From Citrifermentans bremense (GTDB lineage: Bacteria; Desulfobacterota; Desulfuromonadia; Geobacterales; Geobacteraceae), in contig NZ_AP023213.1 in NCBI RefSeq assembly GCF_014218275.1, forward strand, positions 4,002,954 through 4,026,953: a DNA stretch of 24,000 nt, written 5' to 3'. A program made the position numbers and the translations under genes. Positions 23,666-24,000 of this stretch are shown in pieces (the first letter of the stretch is position 1; each line of letters begins with the position of its first letter). Below the pieces are notes generated by a model. The model did not search any database and was not told where the DNA came from. It was given only the letters and a program-made list of their open reading frames with translations.

Positions 23666-24000
23666 GAGTGAGAAGGTGGTGAGTAGGGAAAGAACTGCAA
23701 TCGAGGAGAATAAAGTGCGGTTGCAGAACTTAGTCCATTTCCCCCCTTAAATTTTTTCTGAAGGGCCACTCACCTTGCACTTTACGCCATGAAGGTCGCC
23801 AAGTAATAGCGGTCAGATCATCCCCATATCCTACCTGAGGCGATGCAATAATGTTAAAGCTGAAACAAAAAACAGACCTTTCAGGCTTATGTAACTTTGC
23901 TGCAGAAGTGGTCTATGGTCCCGCCGTACCTATATCGTACCTATAACTATATGCTTCACACAAGGCGGGGACGGCGAGCAGCCGCCAGGAGAACGACAAA

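Noticed and set aside
23956-24000. Possible C-terminal 14 codons of a minus-strand gene entering from the right edge (FVVLLAAARRPRLV*).
   Set aside because: It is too short to judge. The plus-strand reading (direct-repeat box, -10-like hexamer, AGGAG near the edge) is at least as plausible.

Overview
This is 24 kb of a GC-rich bacterial chromosome. Gene content and style resemble Geobacteraceae/Desulfuromonadales, but that assignment is inference only. Most genes are on the minus strand. From left to right: (i) 1-4626 is an eight-gene, translationally coupled minus-strand operon. It encodes a small acidic protein, a TlpA/thioredoxin-like protein with a non-canonical SCCG site, two NosL-family CxxCGM proteins, a small membrane-anchored protein, an FtsX/MacB-type permease, its ABC ATPase, and a polytopic membrane protein that runs off the left edge. 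(ii) About 4660-10100 is a visibly lower-GC block. It holds an orphan FN3-domain protein, a roughly 330-bp array of degenerate repeats phased at 21 bp, dacB (PBP4), a zinc-ribbon/DUF2628 membrane protein and a three-domain OmpA-like protein. (iii) sugE/gdx follows, preceded by a clear guanidine-II (mini-ykkC) riboswitch. (iv) Next is glgP. (v) Then comes an RND efflux unit (MFP, pump, OMF) headed by an unknown 321-aa cytoplasmic protein and a DUF3313-like lipoprotein. (vi) 20918-23230 is ORF-poor and lower in GC, with a frameshifted DUF2726 nuclease plus topoisomerase-type zinc-finger gene and apparent gene debris. (vii) The last gene is a secreted FKBP-type PPIase. I saw no rRNA, tRNA, CRISPR array or intact mobile element. 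The best candidates for undescribed biology are the NosL/atypical-redoxin/FtsX-ABC operon, the two unknown genes leading the RND operon, and the phased repeat array. All coordinates derive from the ORF track plus reading by eye, and no database search was run.
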